Below, piece after piece: positions 16,958 to 26,158 of a DNA stretch of 63,601 nucleotides. Each line of letters starts with the position of its first letter. Positions within the stretch are counted from its first letter, which is position 1. Position numbers and translations under genes: made by a program. Source of the DNA: Elusimicrobiota bacterium (GTDB taxonomy: Bacteria > Elusimicrobiota > Elusimicrobia > UBA1565 > UBA9628); the NCBI GenBank assembly GCA_016207605.1, contig JACQPJ010000023.1, positions 1-63,601 on the forward strand, written 5' to 3'. Under the pieces are notes generated by a model. That model ran no database searches, was not told the origin of the DNA, and was given only the letters and a program-made list of their open reading frames with translations.

Positions 16958-19069
16958 TCAGTCTGCGCCGCGCGCCAGATGCGGAGAAGGGCCCAAAGTC
17001 CTATCCGCGCTTGGGACTAAAGTCCTATTTTTGGCGAGGCGCAGGACGATGCGCCTGTAGGCCGATAGGGCGAGGGCGTCCAATTCCTTGGCCGGGTCCT
17101 GGAGGACCGCTTCGATCTCCGCCAGCGCCGCAGCCGCGATGTCCTCGACGCCGTAGGCGTCGACCGCGAGGATGTTTTCGAGTTGGGAGCGGACATCCTC
17201 GTACAGCCCCCTGGAACGATCGGGGCGGCTGAGCCGCGCCAGAGCCGCCAGGAGCCGGGCGCGCACGTCGGCGGCCGGCCACGGCCTCGCGAGGCCGTCC
17301 TCCCGGGCGCGCCGGACGGCCGCGCGCAGCTCAGGGTCCGCCCTCAGCGCCGCGGCGAATTCCTCGCGGGCCTCCAGGCCGAGCGCGCCTTGGAGGAACT
17401 CCCTCAGCGCCGCGCGTCGAGGAGGCGCCGCGTCCGCGGGCCCGATGAGCGGGACATCGCCGTAAGAATCGTCGCGCGCGGACATGCCCTGCCTGTCGTT
17501 TCGTTCGCGCAATTTTTCCAGCTCTTGGGGGATGAACCATCTCTGGTTGTTGTAGCCCATGACGGCCGCCCCGACCATGAAGGCCGCGGCCGCCAGCGCG
17601 GCGATGGATCGTCCATAGGTTTCCCAGGAGATGGCGACAGGCGACAGGAGGACCGCCGCCGCGGCCATGGCCGCCAGCGCGGCCAGGAGGCCGACCGCCG
17701 CGGATAGGAACAGCCCTTTGGGGGAGAGCGAACCTTCTTCCCGCGCGATGCTTTGGGAAAGCCGGCGCAGTTCGAACTCGGAGCGGCGCACGCTCGGGCC
17801 GGGGTAGTACTCGCCGTAGTCGAAGATTTGGAACGTCTCGTCTCGTCCGCCCAGCGCGCGATAAGCGCCTCGGAGCCCTTGGAGCAGGGCCGTCTCGGAG
17901 TCCCATTGAGGCGTGGGGCTGTGCGTCCGCGTGTATCCTGCGAGGAAGCGCGCGGGCAGGACGTAGTACCGGCCGTTTTGCTCTGCGACCTCCAGGTTGA
18001 CCGGCTTGCCGTCCACGATGCTCGCGGAGAGTCCGACGACGGTCCCATCTCTGTCTTTCTTGAGGAAGGCGGAGAAGTTCGGGCGGTGGCTCGGGGGCGG
18101 CGCCGTGCGTCCGGCAAGAGGCTGGGTCTGGTCGTAAAAGGCCTGCAACAGGGCGAGGAGAACTTCCTCCGCGTCCGCGGCATCATGCAGCCTGATCTCG
18201 AAGGCGTCTTGGTAGCGGTGCCTGCCGTCCCGAGGGAAGGGAGTCTCCGCCTTTTTCGTGCGGATCACGTCGAAGTGCGTCGTCCCGGACTTGGCGGCCG
18301 GCCGCAGGCGCCGCGCGTCCCGGACGTCCGGGACGGCGCGCGCGCCGGTTTCACCCCGCGCGTCCGCCGGGAACAGCTCCTCGGCGGATCGGCCGGAGCG
18401 GACGAAGGCGAAAAAGCGCCGCGCCGTTTCCGCGCCGGCCCTGTCGGCGACGGCCTCGGCGACCTCCTCCTTGGCGCGCGCGATCTCCTCGAACAACTCG
18501 CCCGCGTCCTGGGCCGGCAGGAGCCCCGGATAGAGCCGCGCGACGCGCGCGATTTCCTCTCCCAGCCCGTTCAATTGCTCCGCGTCGGCCTGCATCGCGC
18601 TGGGACTGTTCGTGCGATCCAATGAGCGGACGGCTTTTCGGGCCAGGACTTGCGCGGCCCGGCGGATGCCGTTCTTCCAGGCGGCGACTTCCCCCCGCAC
18701 ATCACGGACGGCTTGTTTGACCAGCGCTTTGCGCCGCTCCTGGGCCGCCTCGTTCTGCGCGCGCGCCGCCCTCTTCAAGGGCAAGCCGAACCACGCGCCG
18801 TGCTCCAGGGCCAGGTGGAACGCGACGGCGTCCCGCACGTCCGGCGGCACGAACCAGCGGAACTCGGGGAAATGCTCCCCCAGCCCGACGCCGTTGACCA
18901 GGCCCAGGGCGTCCTGAGGAAGGCCGACGCCGTAGTACGGGAGATGGGAGCGCTCATAGATCACGGAGAACTCTGGGAGCTCGGCCTTGACCGCGGGGTC
19001 GGCGGAGGCTCGCGCCGCCGCCGCGACGGCCAACGCCAGGCCGAGCGCGCGCCGCCGCGGAATCGGCAT
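16958..19069 (-). CDS. large hypothetical protein with signal peptide and two late TM helices
   Basis: 703 aa; RRRALGLALAVAAAARASA leader; hydrophobic pair after residue ~460; GGAG RBS. Confidence 0.7.
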   Translation of the reverse strand: MPIPRRRALGLALAVAAAARASADPAVKAELPEFSVIYERSHLPYYGVGLPQDALGLVNGVGLGEHFPEFRWFVPPDVRDAVAFHLALEHGAWFGLPLKRAARAQNEAAQERRKALVKQAVRDVRGEVAAWKNGIRRAAQVLARKAVRSLDRTNSPSAMQADAEQLNGLGEEIARVARLYPGLLPAQDAGELFEEIARAKEEVAEAVADRAGAETARRFFAFVRSGRSAEELFPADARGETGARAVPDVRDARRLRPAAKSGTTHFDVIRTKKAETPFPRDGRHRYQDAFEIRLHDAADAEEVLLALLQAFYDQTQPLAGRTAPPPSHRPNFSAFLKKDRDGTVVGLSASIVDGKPVNLEVAEQNGRYYVLPARFLAGYTRTHSPTPQWDSETALLQGLRGAYRALGGRDETFQIFDYGEYYPGPSVRRSEFELRRLSQSIAREEGSLSPKGLFLSAAVGLLAALAAMAAAAVLLSPVAISWETYGRSIAALAAAAFMVGAAVMGYNNQRWFIPQELEKLRERNDRQGMSARDDSYGDVPLIGPADAAPPRRAALREFLQGALGLEAREEFAAALRADPELRAAVRRAREDGLARPWPAADVRARLLAALARLSRPDRSRGLYEDVRSQLENILAVDAYGVEDIAAAALAEIEAVLQDPAKELDALALSAYRRIVLRLAKNRTLVPSADRTLGPSPHLARGAD
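16988..17027. promoter_or_regulatory. paired 16-bp motif (AGGGCCCAAAGTCCTA / TGGGACTAAAGTCCTA), 24-bp period
   Basis: Same motif pairs at 23148-23210, 26084-26123 and 33845-33884; lies upstream of the subtilisin gene. Confidence 0.65.
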
Positions 19070-19070
19070 A

Positions 19071-21107
19071 CTATCTCCCCAGCCGGCCGGCCATGACTTT
19101 CGCGGGCCTGCCCGAGGTCCCGCGGCCGCCGCGCGCCGCCGACGCGGGGCCGGAGACGACGCCGCGCCGGGCTTTCTCGCCGTTTTCCCACTTGCGGTAG
19201 CTCGGGCCCAGGCGGAACTCCAGGGCTCGGTCGATGGCGCGCGTCTGCTCGTCGTAGGAGCCTTTGGCGACGTAGTTCCACACGACGACCCATTTCATGT
19301 CGCTCGCGAAGAAGAAAAAGAGGCGGTGGCCGTACGGGCGCAGCTCCCAGACCATCCCATGGCGGAGGTCCTTGGCCGTGCCCTCCAGCGTGTTGTTCTT
19401 GATCGTGGCGCCGTGGCGCGCCAGCGCGCGCAGCCCCTCGATCGTCTCGCGATAAGCCGCCGCGTCCTCGGTCGAGAGCTTTTTGAGGACGCCATCCACC
19501 TCGGCGGAGAGGTACACGTCCCACTGGGCGTCGTCCGGCTGGCCTTGCCATCGCTCCAGCAAGGGCCGGGGAGGCGACGGCGGGACGGGCGGCGGCGCCG
19601 GCGGCCGGGCGAGGGCGCGGCGGATCTTGTAGCGCTTCTCGCCCGCCTCGCCGCGTTCCTCCGTGATCGCGCCGGCGGCCTGCAGGGCGATGAACGCCTC
19701 CAGCCGCTGGTTGGGATCGAGGTCGGGATGGTCGAGGTCGAGCGCCTCCTCCCCGGTGAAGTCGGCGTTTCCAAACGCATTGCGCAAGAGGCCCGCGTAG
19801 GCGTTCATGTCCCGCGGGTCCGCCCAGGACCGCGAGCCGATGAAGTAGCGGTCGCCGTCGCCCTTGCGCTCGATGAGCTTGAGGGCGAGCAGGTCCTTGA
19901 TGATGCGCATGCACGTGCGCCTGTTCAGCTGGAGGGTCTGACCCTCCACGATCATGTGCGCCAGGCTGTCTTCCCTGTATTTGCCTCCCGTCAGCCACAG
20001 AGCGAACGCCTGGATTTTGTCGCGCACGTAGAGCTTAAGCGGCGGCACCAGATGCCACTTGGTCGCCGTTTTTCTCCGCGCCGCGCGCGCGATGCCGTCG
20101 CCCTGGAGGGACTCCAAGGCCTGCACGACGTTCGCCTCGTCGAGTCCGACCTTTGACTGTATTTCAGCGGCCGTGAGAAGCCGGACAGCGTCGAGCGCGC
20201 CGCGGACGGCTTCCCGCGCCTCCTCCCGGTCTTGCAGGGCGCCGGGCGGCGCCGCTTCGGCGGCGGGGACGCCGCCGCGGCTTGGCGGAGCCGGGAGAGC
20301 GGCCGGTTGGGGCGGAGCTTGATAGGAGGCTTTGCCGTTCCTGGGATCGTACTTGATCAACCTGTGCTCGGCCATGTCCCTCATGAGCGCCCTCGGATAT
20401 TGCACGCCGTAAGCCTTGGCGAGCGGGAGGACGTCGCTTAAGTGCAGTTTCGTTCTCTTGTCTGCGCGCAAGCGGGTGATGAGGGCGGCGCGAAATCCCA
20501 CCGGGTCCGGGTCGGGGCTGACGCCGATCATCGGGGCGGCAAGAGACGCCGCCGCGGGAAGCTCAACGTCGTCGGCGGTTTTGTGCGGCGGCGCTTCGCC
20601 GAAGACGCTACGGGCATTCCGCACGAGGTCCTTCAATTCTTGGGGCCGGATCTGTTCATCTGCGGTCACGGATTTTGAGATGGGAACGACGGCGTGCCGA
20701 CTGAGCGGCAGGGCGTTCGGCATCCTCAAGGGCCTGCGGGAGGAGCGGTCTCCCGACCGCGCGAACGCGCGGTCCCGCGGCGTCCCCCCCGCGGCCGCGC
20801 GCGCCGCGTAAGCGGCTGGGGCGGTCGTCCTCGGGGGCGCGGCGGCGGACCGCGGGAGCGGCGGCACGCTGATCGTCGTGAACGCGTCCCGCGCCGAGGC
20901 AGGCCAGGCGCCGAGAGTCAAATCCGGAGGGGCGGCCTCTTGAATGGGGAGGAAGTCGAAAAGCGGAGCCCGCGCGGCGCTTTCGGGGATGGCTTTAACG
21001 GCGCTGTTGCCCTGCGCCGCCGCGGAGGCGGGCAGGAGCGCGACAAGGGCCGCGAGCAGCAGGCGCGCGGCGCGGACGGCCGGGATCGGCGTCGGCGGGG
21101 CGGTCAC
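19071..21107 (-). CDS. signal-peptide protein with winged-helix-like repeats and a C-terminal RelE/HigB (Gp49-like) domain
   Basis: GTG start overlaps the upstream TGA; RAARLLLAALVALLPASAAAQ leader; C-terminal KDLRHGMVWELRPYGHRLFFFF…VVVWNYVAKG…AIDRA. Confidence 0.65.
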   Translation of the reverse strand: MTAPPTPIPAVRAARLLLAALVALLPASAAAQGNSAVKAIPESAARAPLFDFLPIQEAAPPDLTLGAWPASARDAFTTISVPPLPRSAAAPPRTTAPAAYAARAAAGGTPRDRAFARSGDRSSRRPLRMPNALPLSRHAVVPISKSVTADEQIRPQELKDLVRNARSVFGEAPPHKTADDVELPAAASLAAPMIGVSPDPDPVGFRAALITRLRADKRTKLHLSDVLPLAKAYGVQYPRALMRDMAEHRLIKYDPRNGKASYQAPPQPAALPAPPSRGGVPAAEAAPPGALQDREEAREAVRGALDAVRLLTAAEIQSKVGLDEANVVQALESLQGDGIARAARRKTATKWHLVPPLKLYVRDKIQAFALWLTGGKYREDSLAHMIVEGQTLQLNRRTCMRIIKDLLALKLIERKGDGDRYFIGSRSWADPRDMNAYAGLLRNAFGNADFTGEEALDLDHPDLDPNQRLEAFIALQAAGAITEERGEAGEKRYKIRRALARPPAPPPVPPSPPRPLLERWQGQPDDAQWDVYLSAEVDGVLKKLSTEDAAAYRETIEGLRALARHGATIKNNTLEGTAKDLRHGMVWELRPYGHRLFFFFASDMKWVVVWNYVAKGSYDEQTRAIDRALEFRLGPSYRKWENGEKARRGVVSGPASAARGGRGTSGRPAKVMAGRLGR

Positions 21108-23086
21108 GGGGAGCTGTCGGACCTCGCCGGGTCGGCGGTCTCCAAGAATTCTTCCAGCACGCCGAGAGCGGCGAAGACGTCGGGACGCGGGACGTCGTCC
21201 CACCCGCTGATCCGCGCGCGGTACGCGCGGACGGCCTGGAGGGCCGCGTCTTGGAAGCGGGGCCGCCGCTCGGCGTTGATCCAGCCGCGATCCAGGGAGT
21301 AGGCGGGCCGCTCGGCGTAGTCCGCCCTCGCGAATTGCGCGCGCTCCCTCGGCGTGCCCAACTGCTCGACGTTGAAGCGCTCCTGTTTGCGCACCTGGTC
21401 GGCGAAGGCGATCAGGAGGTTCCTGTAAATCCCATCGAATTCCCAGGCTTGCGCGGGTGCCGCGGCCGCGCGGGCCTTCGAGAAGCGGAGGACCGACCCC
21501 GCCAGCGGCTGGATCAGCGTCCCGCCGTCGTCCGCGCTCGAGGAGGCGTTCGCGTCAATCAGGCGCGTGGCCTCGCGGATTTGTTGACCCAGGGCACGCG
21601 GCTGGTCCGGAGGCTTGGAATAAAGATAGGAACCGCCGTTCTCATCGAGCCGCGCCAGGCGGCCCGCGGCGATCAGGCGCGCGACGTCGCTCGAATTCGG
21701 GCTGTCGTCCAGGCTCGCGTCCTTGAGGCGAGCCCGTTCGTGGACCGTGCCGGCGGCCCCCAAGGCGTCGGCGCGGGATTTAAGCTCCGCCGGCAGCGCC
21801 GTTCCAGGCTCCAACGTCCGCTCGCGCTCATTGAGTATCGCTTGATAGTCAAGGAAACGCTTGAGCACGTCCAGGCCGCGATGGGAGCTGCCGTCGCGTC
21901 GGGCCCCGTCCATCGCGGTCAGGAGCAAGCCCGCGTCGGCTAAAGGCAGGGCTTGGCGCGGCCTGCCGTCGTTGTAGAGGAAGCCGGCTTGAACGTCGGC
22001 CAAATGCCTGAGCTGCGCGGCCGCGTCGGCCGCGGCCTGGCCGCGCAGTCTGCTGCGCTCGCGGCGGTGAGCTTGCGCCGCCAGGCGGTGGCCCAGCTTG
22101 AGGGAGGCGCGGCCGCGCAGGAAGGCGAGCGCGTCCGTCACCGGGACCTCCGCCGCCTCGCCGCGCTGCCTGGCCGCGGCCAGCGCCTCGTCGAAGACGG
22201 CCGCGGCGTCCATCAGCTCCCTCAGATCGCCGCGATTGAACCGGCGCACCGCCTCGGCGACTTTCGGATCCTGACGCGCGGCGTCAACGGCCTGCATATC
22301 CTGGCCGGGACCGAGGACCGCGAGCTCGCCCCGCTCCCGAGCCTTTTCCATGATCCTTTTGGTTTCCGGCCCGCTCCAGCCTAGTCGGCGGTGTGCTCTC
22401 AGGACGATCTCGCTCGTGATGACATCCCCGCCGAAAATGTGCTCCTGCTGCGCGAGGCTGTCTATCAAGGTCTCGAAGCTCGGATCCTCCGACAGTCGGG
22501 GTTCCGGCAGTCTGTCCTTGCGGGCTGTCCGCGCGGCAGGTTTGACCAGACCCGGGGCCTGCGGGCGGCCGGTCGCGCCGCTGCCCTCGCTCACGGTCTG
22601 CGCCGTTTGGCCGCCTGTGGGGCCGCCGGCAAAAGGCTCCCCGGCCTCCGCGCTGAGGCGGTCCGCGTCGCCGCGGGAGTCGGCCGCGGCCCTCGTCAGG
22701 GCCCCGGCTTGCCGCGCCATGCGGCGCGTCGTCTCGATCACGGCGGAGATTTCTCCCGGCGCGGCTCGCTGCCGCCGCCCCCGCCGCATCGAGGCTCCGA
22801 CCGCGGCGATCGCGGGCGTGAGGGCGGCCGGGGCCGGCAGGAACGTCGCGGCCGACATCACGGTTCCGGCGGTCAGCATCCAGTCGGCGGAGAAGGCTTC
22901 CGCCGCGCTCCCGACGTCGTAAAACGGCATGACGATGGGAAGGAGACTTTCCGCCGCCGAGGCGGGCTCGCTCGGTCTTAGGGCGTCGGAGAAGGCCCGG
23001 GCCTCGGGCCCGGAAAAAAGCGATAGGGACGCCGCCAGGACGAGGCGCGCGGCGCCGAGGGGCGGGATGGGGCGGCGGCAAGGCAT
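21104..23086 (-). CDS. large hypothetical protein with signal peptide
   Basis: ATG 23086 with GGAGG RBS and TATAAT at 23125-23120; AARLVLAASLSLFSGPEARA leader. Confidence 0.7.
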   Translation of the reverse strand: MPCRRPIPPLGAARLVLAASLSLFSGPEARAFSDALRPSEPASAAESLLPIVMPFYDVGSAAEAFSADWMLTAGTVMSAATFLPAPAALTPAIAAVGASMRRGRRQRAAPGEISAVIETTRRMARQAGALTRAAADSRGDADRLSAEAGEPFAGGPTGGQTAQTVSEGSGATGRPQAPGLVKPAARTARKDRLPEPRLSEDPSFETLIDSLAQQEHIFGGDVITSEIVLRAHRRLGWSGPETKRIMEKARERGELAVLGPGQDMQAVDAARQDPKVAEAVRRFNRGDLRELMDAAAVFDEALAAARQRGEAAEVPVTDALAFLRGRASLKLGHRLAAQAHRRERSRLRGQAAADAAAQLRHLADVQAGFLYNDGRPRQALPLADAGLLLTAMDGARRDGSSHRGLDVLKRFLDYQAILNERERTLEPGTALPAELKSRADALGAAGTVHERARLKDASLDDSPNSSDVARLIAAGRLARLDENGGSYLYSKPPDQPRALGQQIREATRLIDANASSSADDGGTLIQPLAGSVLRFSKARAAAAPAQAWEFDGIYRNLLIAFADQVRKQERFNVEQLGTPRERAQFARADYAERPAYSLDRGWINAERRPRFQDAALQAVRAYRARISGWDDVPRPDVFAALGVLEEFLETADPARSDSSP

Positions 23087-23147
23087 CAGGTTCCTCCAAA
23101 GGGTCCGGGCATTCCTTAGATTATAGGATGGAGTCGGCCCTGCTTCC

Positions 23148-23210
23148 TGGGTCTTTGGGCCCATGGCGCGGGGCTGTTTGGACCTACCGCGAAGTGGGCC
23201 GAAAGTCCTA
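23148..23210. promoter_or_regulatory. 16-bp motif cluster (23148-23163, weak copy 23171-23186, 23195-23210)
   Basis: TGGGTCTTTGGGCCCA … TGGGCCGAAAGTCCTA; nearest copy is 22 nt from the minus-strand TATAAT. Confidence 0.7.
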
Positions 23211-23224
23211 TATTAGCGCCCGTC

Positions 23225-24235
23225 ATGGCGATGTCTCCGGCGCTCGAGCTCGACTCCGCGTCGCGCGTGACCGCGGTCTACATCGGCCGGGTGGGCGACG
23301 TGATCACGGCGACGCCCTTCCTGCGCGCCCTGCGCCGGCGCCTGCCCAAGGCGCGGATTCGGCTGGTGGTGGGCTGGCGCAGCCGGGAGGTCCTGCCGCT
23401 CATCCCCTTCATCGACGCGTCGCTGATCCTGGGCAAGCCCTGGCGCCTGGACGCGCACCTGGCCCTGGCGGCGCGCCTGCTCTCCTCGCGCGAGGACCTG
23501 CTCGTGGACCTCAACTCCGTGTTCTCCAAGACCTCGACCTTGCTCGCGCGCGCGACGCCGGCTCGGGCCAAGCTGGCCTTCGAGAAGGGCAAGGGCCCCG
23601 CGGTGTTCACCCACGCGCTGGCCGCCCCGGCGGTCGAGGAGCACATGGCCGAGCGCTACGGGCGCCTGGCCGCAGCGCTCGGCGCGCCCTATGTCCCCGA
23701 GCTGGAGTTGAGCCTGCCGTCGGCCGACGCGGCGCAAGCCGAGCGCCTGCTGGAGCCCTTCGCGCTCGAAAGCGGCCGTTTTAAGATCGCGATCCATGCC
23801 GGGAACTTCGACCGCTTCTCCTTTCGCTGGCAGGAGGAGAAGTTCGCGGCGCTGGCCGATCGGCTCGCCGCGGATCCCGGGTTCCAGGTCTTTTTCTTGG
23901 CCGGCCCCGGCGAGAAAGAGAAGACCCGCGCGGTCGCGGCCGCGATGAAGCGGCCGGCGCCCGTGCTGCCGACCGCCCGTTTGGGCGTGACGGGCGGGAT
24001 GCTCCGGCGCATGGATCTCTTCGTCTGCAACGTCACCGGGACCACGCATCTGGCCGCCGCCTTGGGCGTGCCGACCTTCGCCTTCTACGCCGGCTACACG
24101 CAGACCGTCTGGCGTCCGCGCGGCGAGCGGCATGGCGGCACGCTTTGTCCGGAGTGGCAGACCTGCCGCGACACGACCGTGGACGAGGCCTGCGCCGCGC
24201 TCAAGGCGCACGTCGCCCGGCTGCGGGATATCTAA
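23225..24235 (+). CDS. glycosyltransferase family 9 (heptosyltransferase-like)
   Basis: GRVGDVITATPFLRALR, FVCNVTGTTHLAAALGVPT. Confidence 0.88.
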   Translation: MAMSPALELDSASRVTAVYIGRVGDVITATPFLRALRRRLPKARIRLVVGWRSREVLPLIPFIDASLILGKPWRLDAHLALAARLLSSREDLLVDLNSVFSKTSTLLARATPARAKLAFEKGKGPAVFTHALAAPAVEEHMAERYGRLAAALGAPYVPELELSLPSADAAQAERLLEPFALESGRFKIAIHAGNFDRFSFRWQEEKFAALADRLAADPGFQVFFLAGPGEKEKTRAVAAAMKRPAPVLPTARLGVTGGMLRRMDLFVCNVTGTTHLAAALGVPTFAFYAGYTQTVWRPRGERHGGTLCPEWQTCRDTTVDEACAALKAHVARLRDI

Positions 24236-25268
24236 GCAGGCCGTCGAGCGCGGACCAAGCCTCGTCGACGGCCGCCAGGCGGTTGGGGGTGTCGACGATC
24301 CGGTGGCCGGGCAGATGACCGTAGCCGAAGCGCCAGGGCTCGGTGTGGCTGAAGAGCTCGACGGTGGGCGTTCCGACCGCGACGGCCAAGTGCATGGGGC
24401 CGGCGTCGGCCGTGAGCACGGCGCGCGCGTTGGCGAGGGCGGCGGCGAAGCCGCGCAGGGCAAGCGCGGGCGCGACGACGACGCCCGCGGGGAGCGTCCG
24501 GCCGGCCAGGAGCCCGCGCTCGGCGGGGCCGCCGAAGAGCGCGGCCTTTCGGCCGGAGCGCGCGAGACGTCCGGCCAGCTCCAGGAACCAGCTTGCGTCC
24601 AGGCGCTTTTGGTCGCGGCCGCCCAAAAACAGCGCGACCGACTCGGCGTCGAGCCCCCAGCGTTTCCAGAGGCGCCCCCCCTCCTCGCGCTCGCCGGGTC
24701 CCCAATGCCACTCCGCGCGCAGGTCCGCGTCGGGGAGCAGGGCCGCGCCGGGCGCGGCGCGGCGCACGAGGCGCGCGAGGTTGGCGGTCTCGTGGGCGCG
24801 TTCGGCCGGGACGGGGACGAGGTCGTCGAGGAACTTCGCCGCGTCGCCGCGGTCGAAGCCGATCCGGCGGCCCGCTCCGGAGAGCGCGGTGCAGACGGCG
24901 CCCGACAGGGAGAAGGCGTGCTGGGGCGAAAAATCGATGGCCAGGTCGTAGCCTCGCCGCCATAGGCCCGGCAGGGCGGCCGCGGTCAGGAGCTCGTCGG
25001 CGCAGGGGTTGAACTTGAGCGCCTCGCCGTAGCGGCCGGAGAGCAGGACCTCCACGCGGGCCCCCGGGAACGCCGTCTTGAGCAGCCGCAGGGAGGGCGT
25101 CAGCAGGAGCAGGTTGCCCAGGCGCGCGTCCCGGCGCACGGCCAGGACGCGGCGCACGCGGGCCGGGTCGAGGGGCCCCTCGGGCCGCCGCGGCCGCGGC
25201 AGGAGCCGCACGAGCGAGGCGCGCAGAAGCGCCTTGCCGCCCCGCTCCAGCCCCTTGGCGAACTCCAT
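24201..25268 (-). CDS. glycosyltransferase family 9 (heptosyltransferase-like)
   Basis: RLGNLLLLTPSLRLLK, TADAGPMHLAVAVGTPT. Confidence 0.88.
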   Translation of the reverse strand: MEFAKGLERGGKALLRASLVRLLPRPRRPEGPLDPARVRRVLAVRRDARLGNLLLLTPSLRLLKTAFPGARVEVLLSGRYGEALKFNPCADELLTAAALPGLWRRGYDLAIDFSPQHAFSLSGAVCTALSGAGRRIGFDRGDAAKFLDDLVPVPAERAHETANLARLVRRAAPGAALLPDADLRAEWHWGPGEREEGGRLWKRWGLDAESVALFLGGRDQKRLDASWFLELAGRLARSGRKAALFGGPAERGLLAGRTLPAGVVVAPALALRGFAAALANARAVLTADAGPMHLAVAVGTPTVELFSHTEPWRFGYGHLPGHRIVDTPNRLAAVDEAWSALDGLLRYPAAGRRAP

Positions 25269-25301
25269 TGGCGCGATTCTACCAGTTTGTATAATTGGGC
25301 C

Positions 25302-26075
25302 GTGAGGCTCGTCTCCCTGCGCACCGAGGCCGCGGTCACGACCATCACGCTGGAGCGCCCCGAGGCCCTCAACGCCCTCTCCGAGCCCCTGGCCCGCGGC
25401 TTCGCCGCGGCCGTCGCCCGGGCGCGGCGGGAGGCGTCCAAGGTCGTCGTCGTCCAGGGCGCGGGCCGCGCCTTCTGCGCGGGCGGCGACCTGGCCTTCA
25501 TCGCGGCCAACCGCCGGCGGGCGGCCGCGGACCTGGCGCCCCGGATGCGGCGCTTCTACGGCAGCTTCCTGTCCGTGCGCGAACTGCCCCAGGTCACCAT
25601 CGCCAAGGTCCAGGGCGCGGCCGTGGGCGCGGGGCTGTGCCTGGCCCTGGCCTGCGACCTGCGCGCGGTCGCGCCGGAGGCGCGGCTGGGCTTCAACTTC
25701 GTGCGCCTGGGCTTGAACCCGGGCATGGCCGCCTGGCCCCTGGCCCGCGCCGTCCTGGGCGAGGCGCGGGCGCGCGAGCTCCTGTTCACGGGCCGGTTTT
25801 TCTCGGGGCGCGACCTGCTGGCCTGGGGCGGGGCGAGCGCCTCCGGCCCCGCGGGCCCGCGGCTGGACGCGGCCTGCGCGCGGCTGGCCCGTTCGGCCGC
25901 CGCGGGCTCGGGCGCGGCCCTGCGCGCGCTGAAGGCCGAGACGCGCCTGCGCGAGGATCTGGCTCCTTTCCTGGACTTCGAGTCGCGCGGCCAGGCGCGC
26001 GCCTTCCTCTCCCCCGACCTCGCCGAGGGCCTGGCGGCCGCGCGCGAACGCAGGGCCCCGCGCTTCGACGCCTGA
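25302..26075 (+). CDS. enoyl-CoA hydratase/isomerase family protein
   Basis: ITLERPEALNAL, AFCAGGDL, GAAVGAG..LALACDLR; GTG start 6 nt after TATAAT. Confidence 0.9.
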   Translation: MRLVSLRTEAAVTTITLERPEALNALSEPLARGFAAAVARARREASKVVVVQGAGRAFCAGGDLAFIAANRRRAAADLAPRMRRFYGSFLSVRELPQVTIAKVQGAAVGAGLCLALACDLRAVAPEARLGFNFVRLGLNPGMAAWPLARAVLGEARARELLFTGRFFSGRDLLAWGGASASGPAGPRLDAACARLARSAAAGSGAALRALKAETRLREDLAPFLDFESRGQARAFLSPDLAEGLAAARERRAPRFDA

Positions 26076-26083
26076 CCCGGAGC

Positions 26084-26123
26084 TGGGTCCAAAGTCCTAG
26101 GCCCTCCTGGGCCTTTGGGCCCT
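26084..26123. promoter_or_regulatory. paired 16-bp motif (TGGGTCCAAAGTCCTA / TGGGCCTTTGGGCCCT), 24-bp period
   Basis: 22 nt upstream of the TATTCT hexamer (26146) of an extended -10 (TGnTATTCT). Confidence 0.7.
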
Positions 26124-26158
26124 TACGAAGGCTTGGGCGGACTGTTATTCTATTATCC

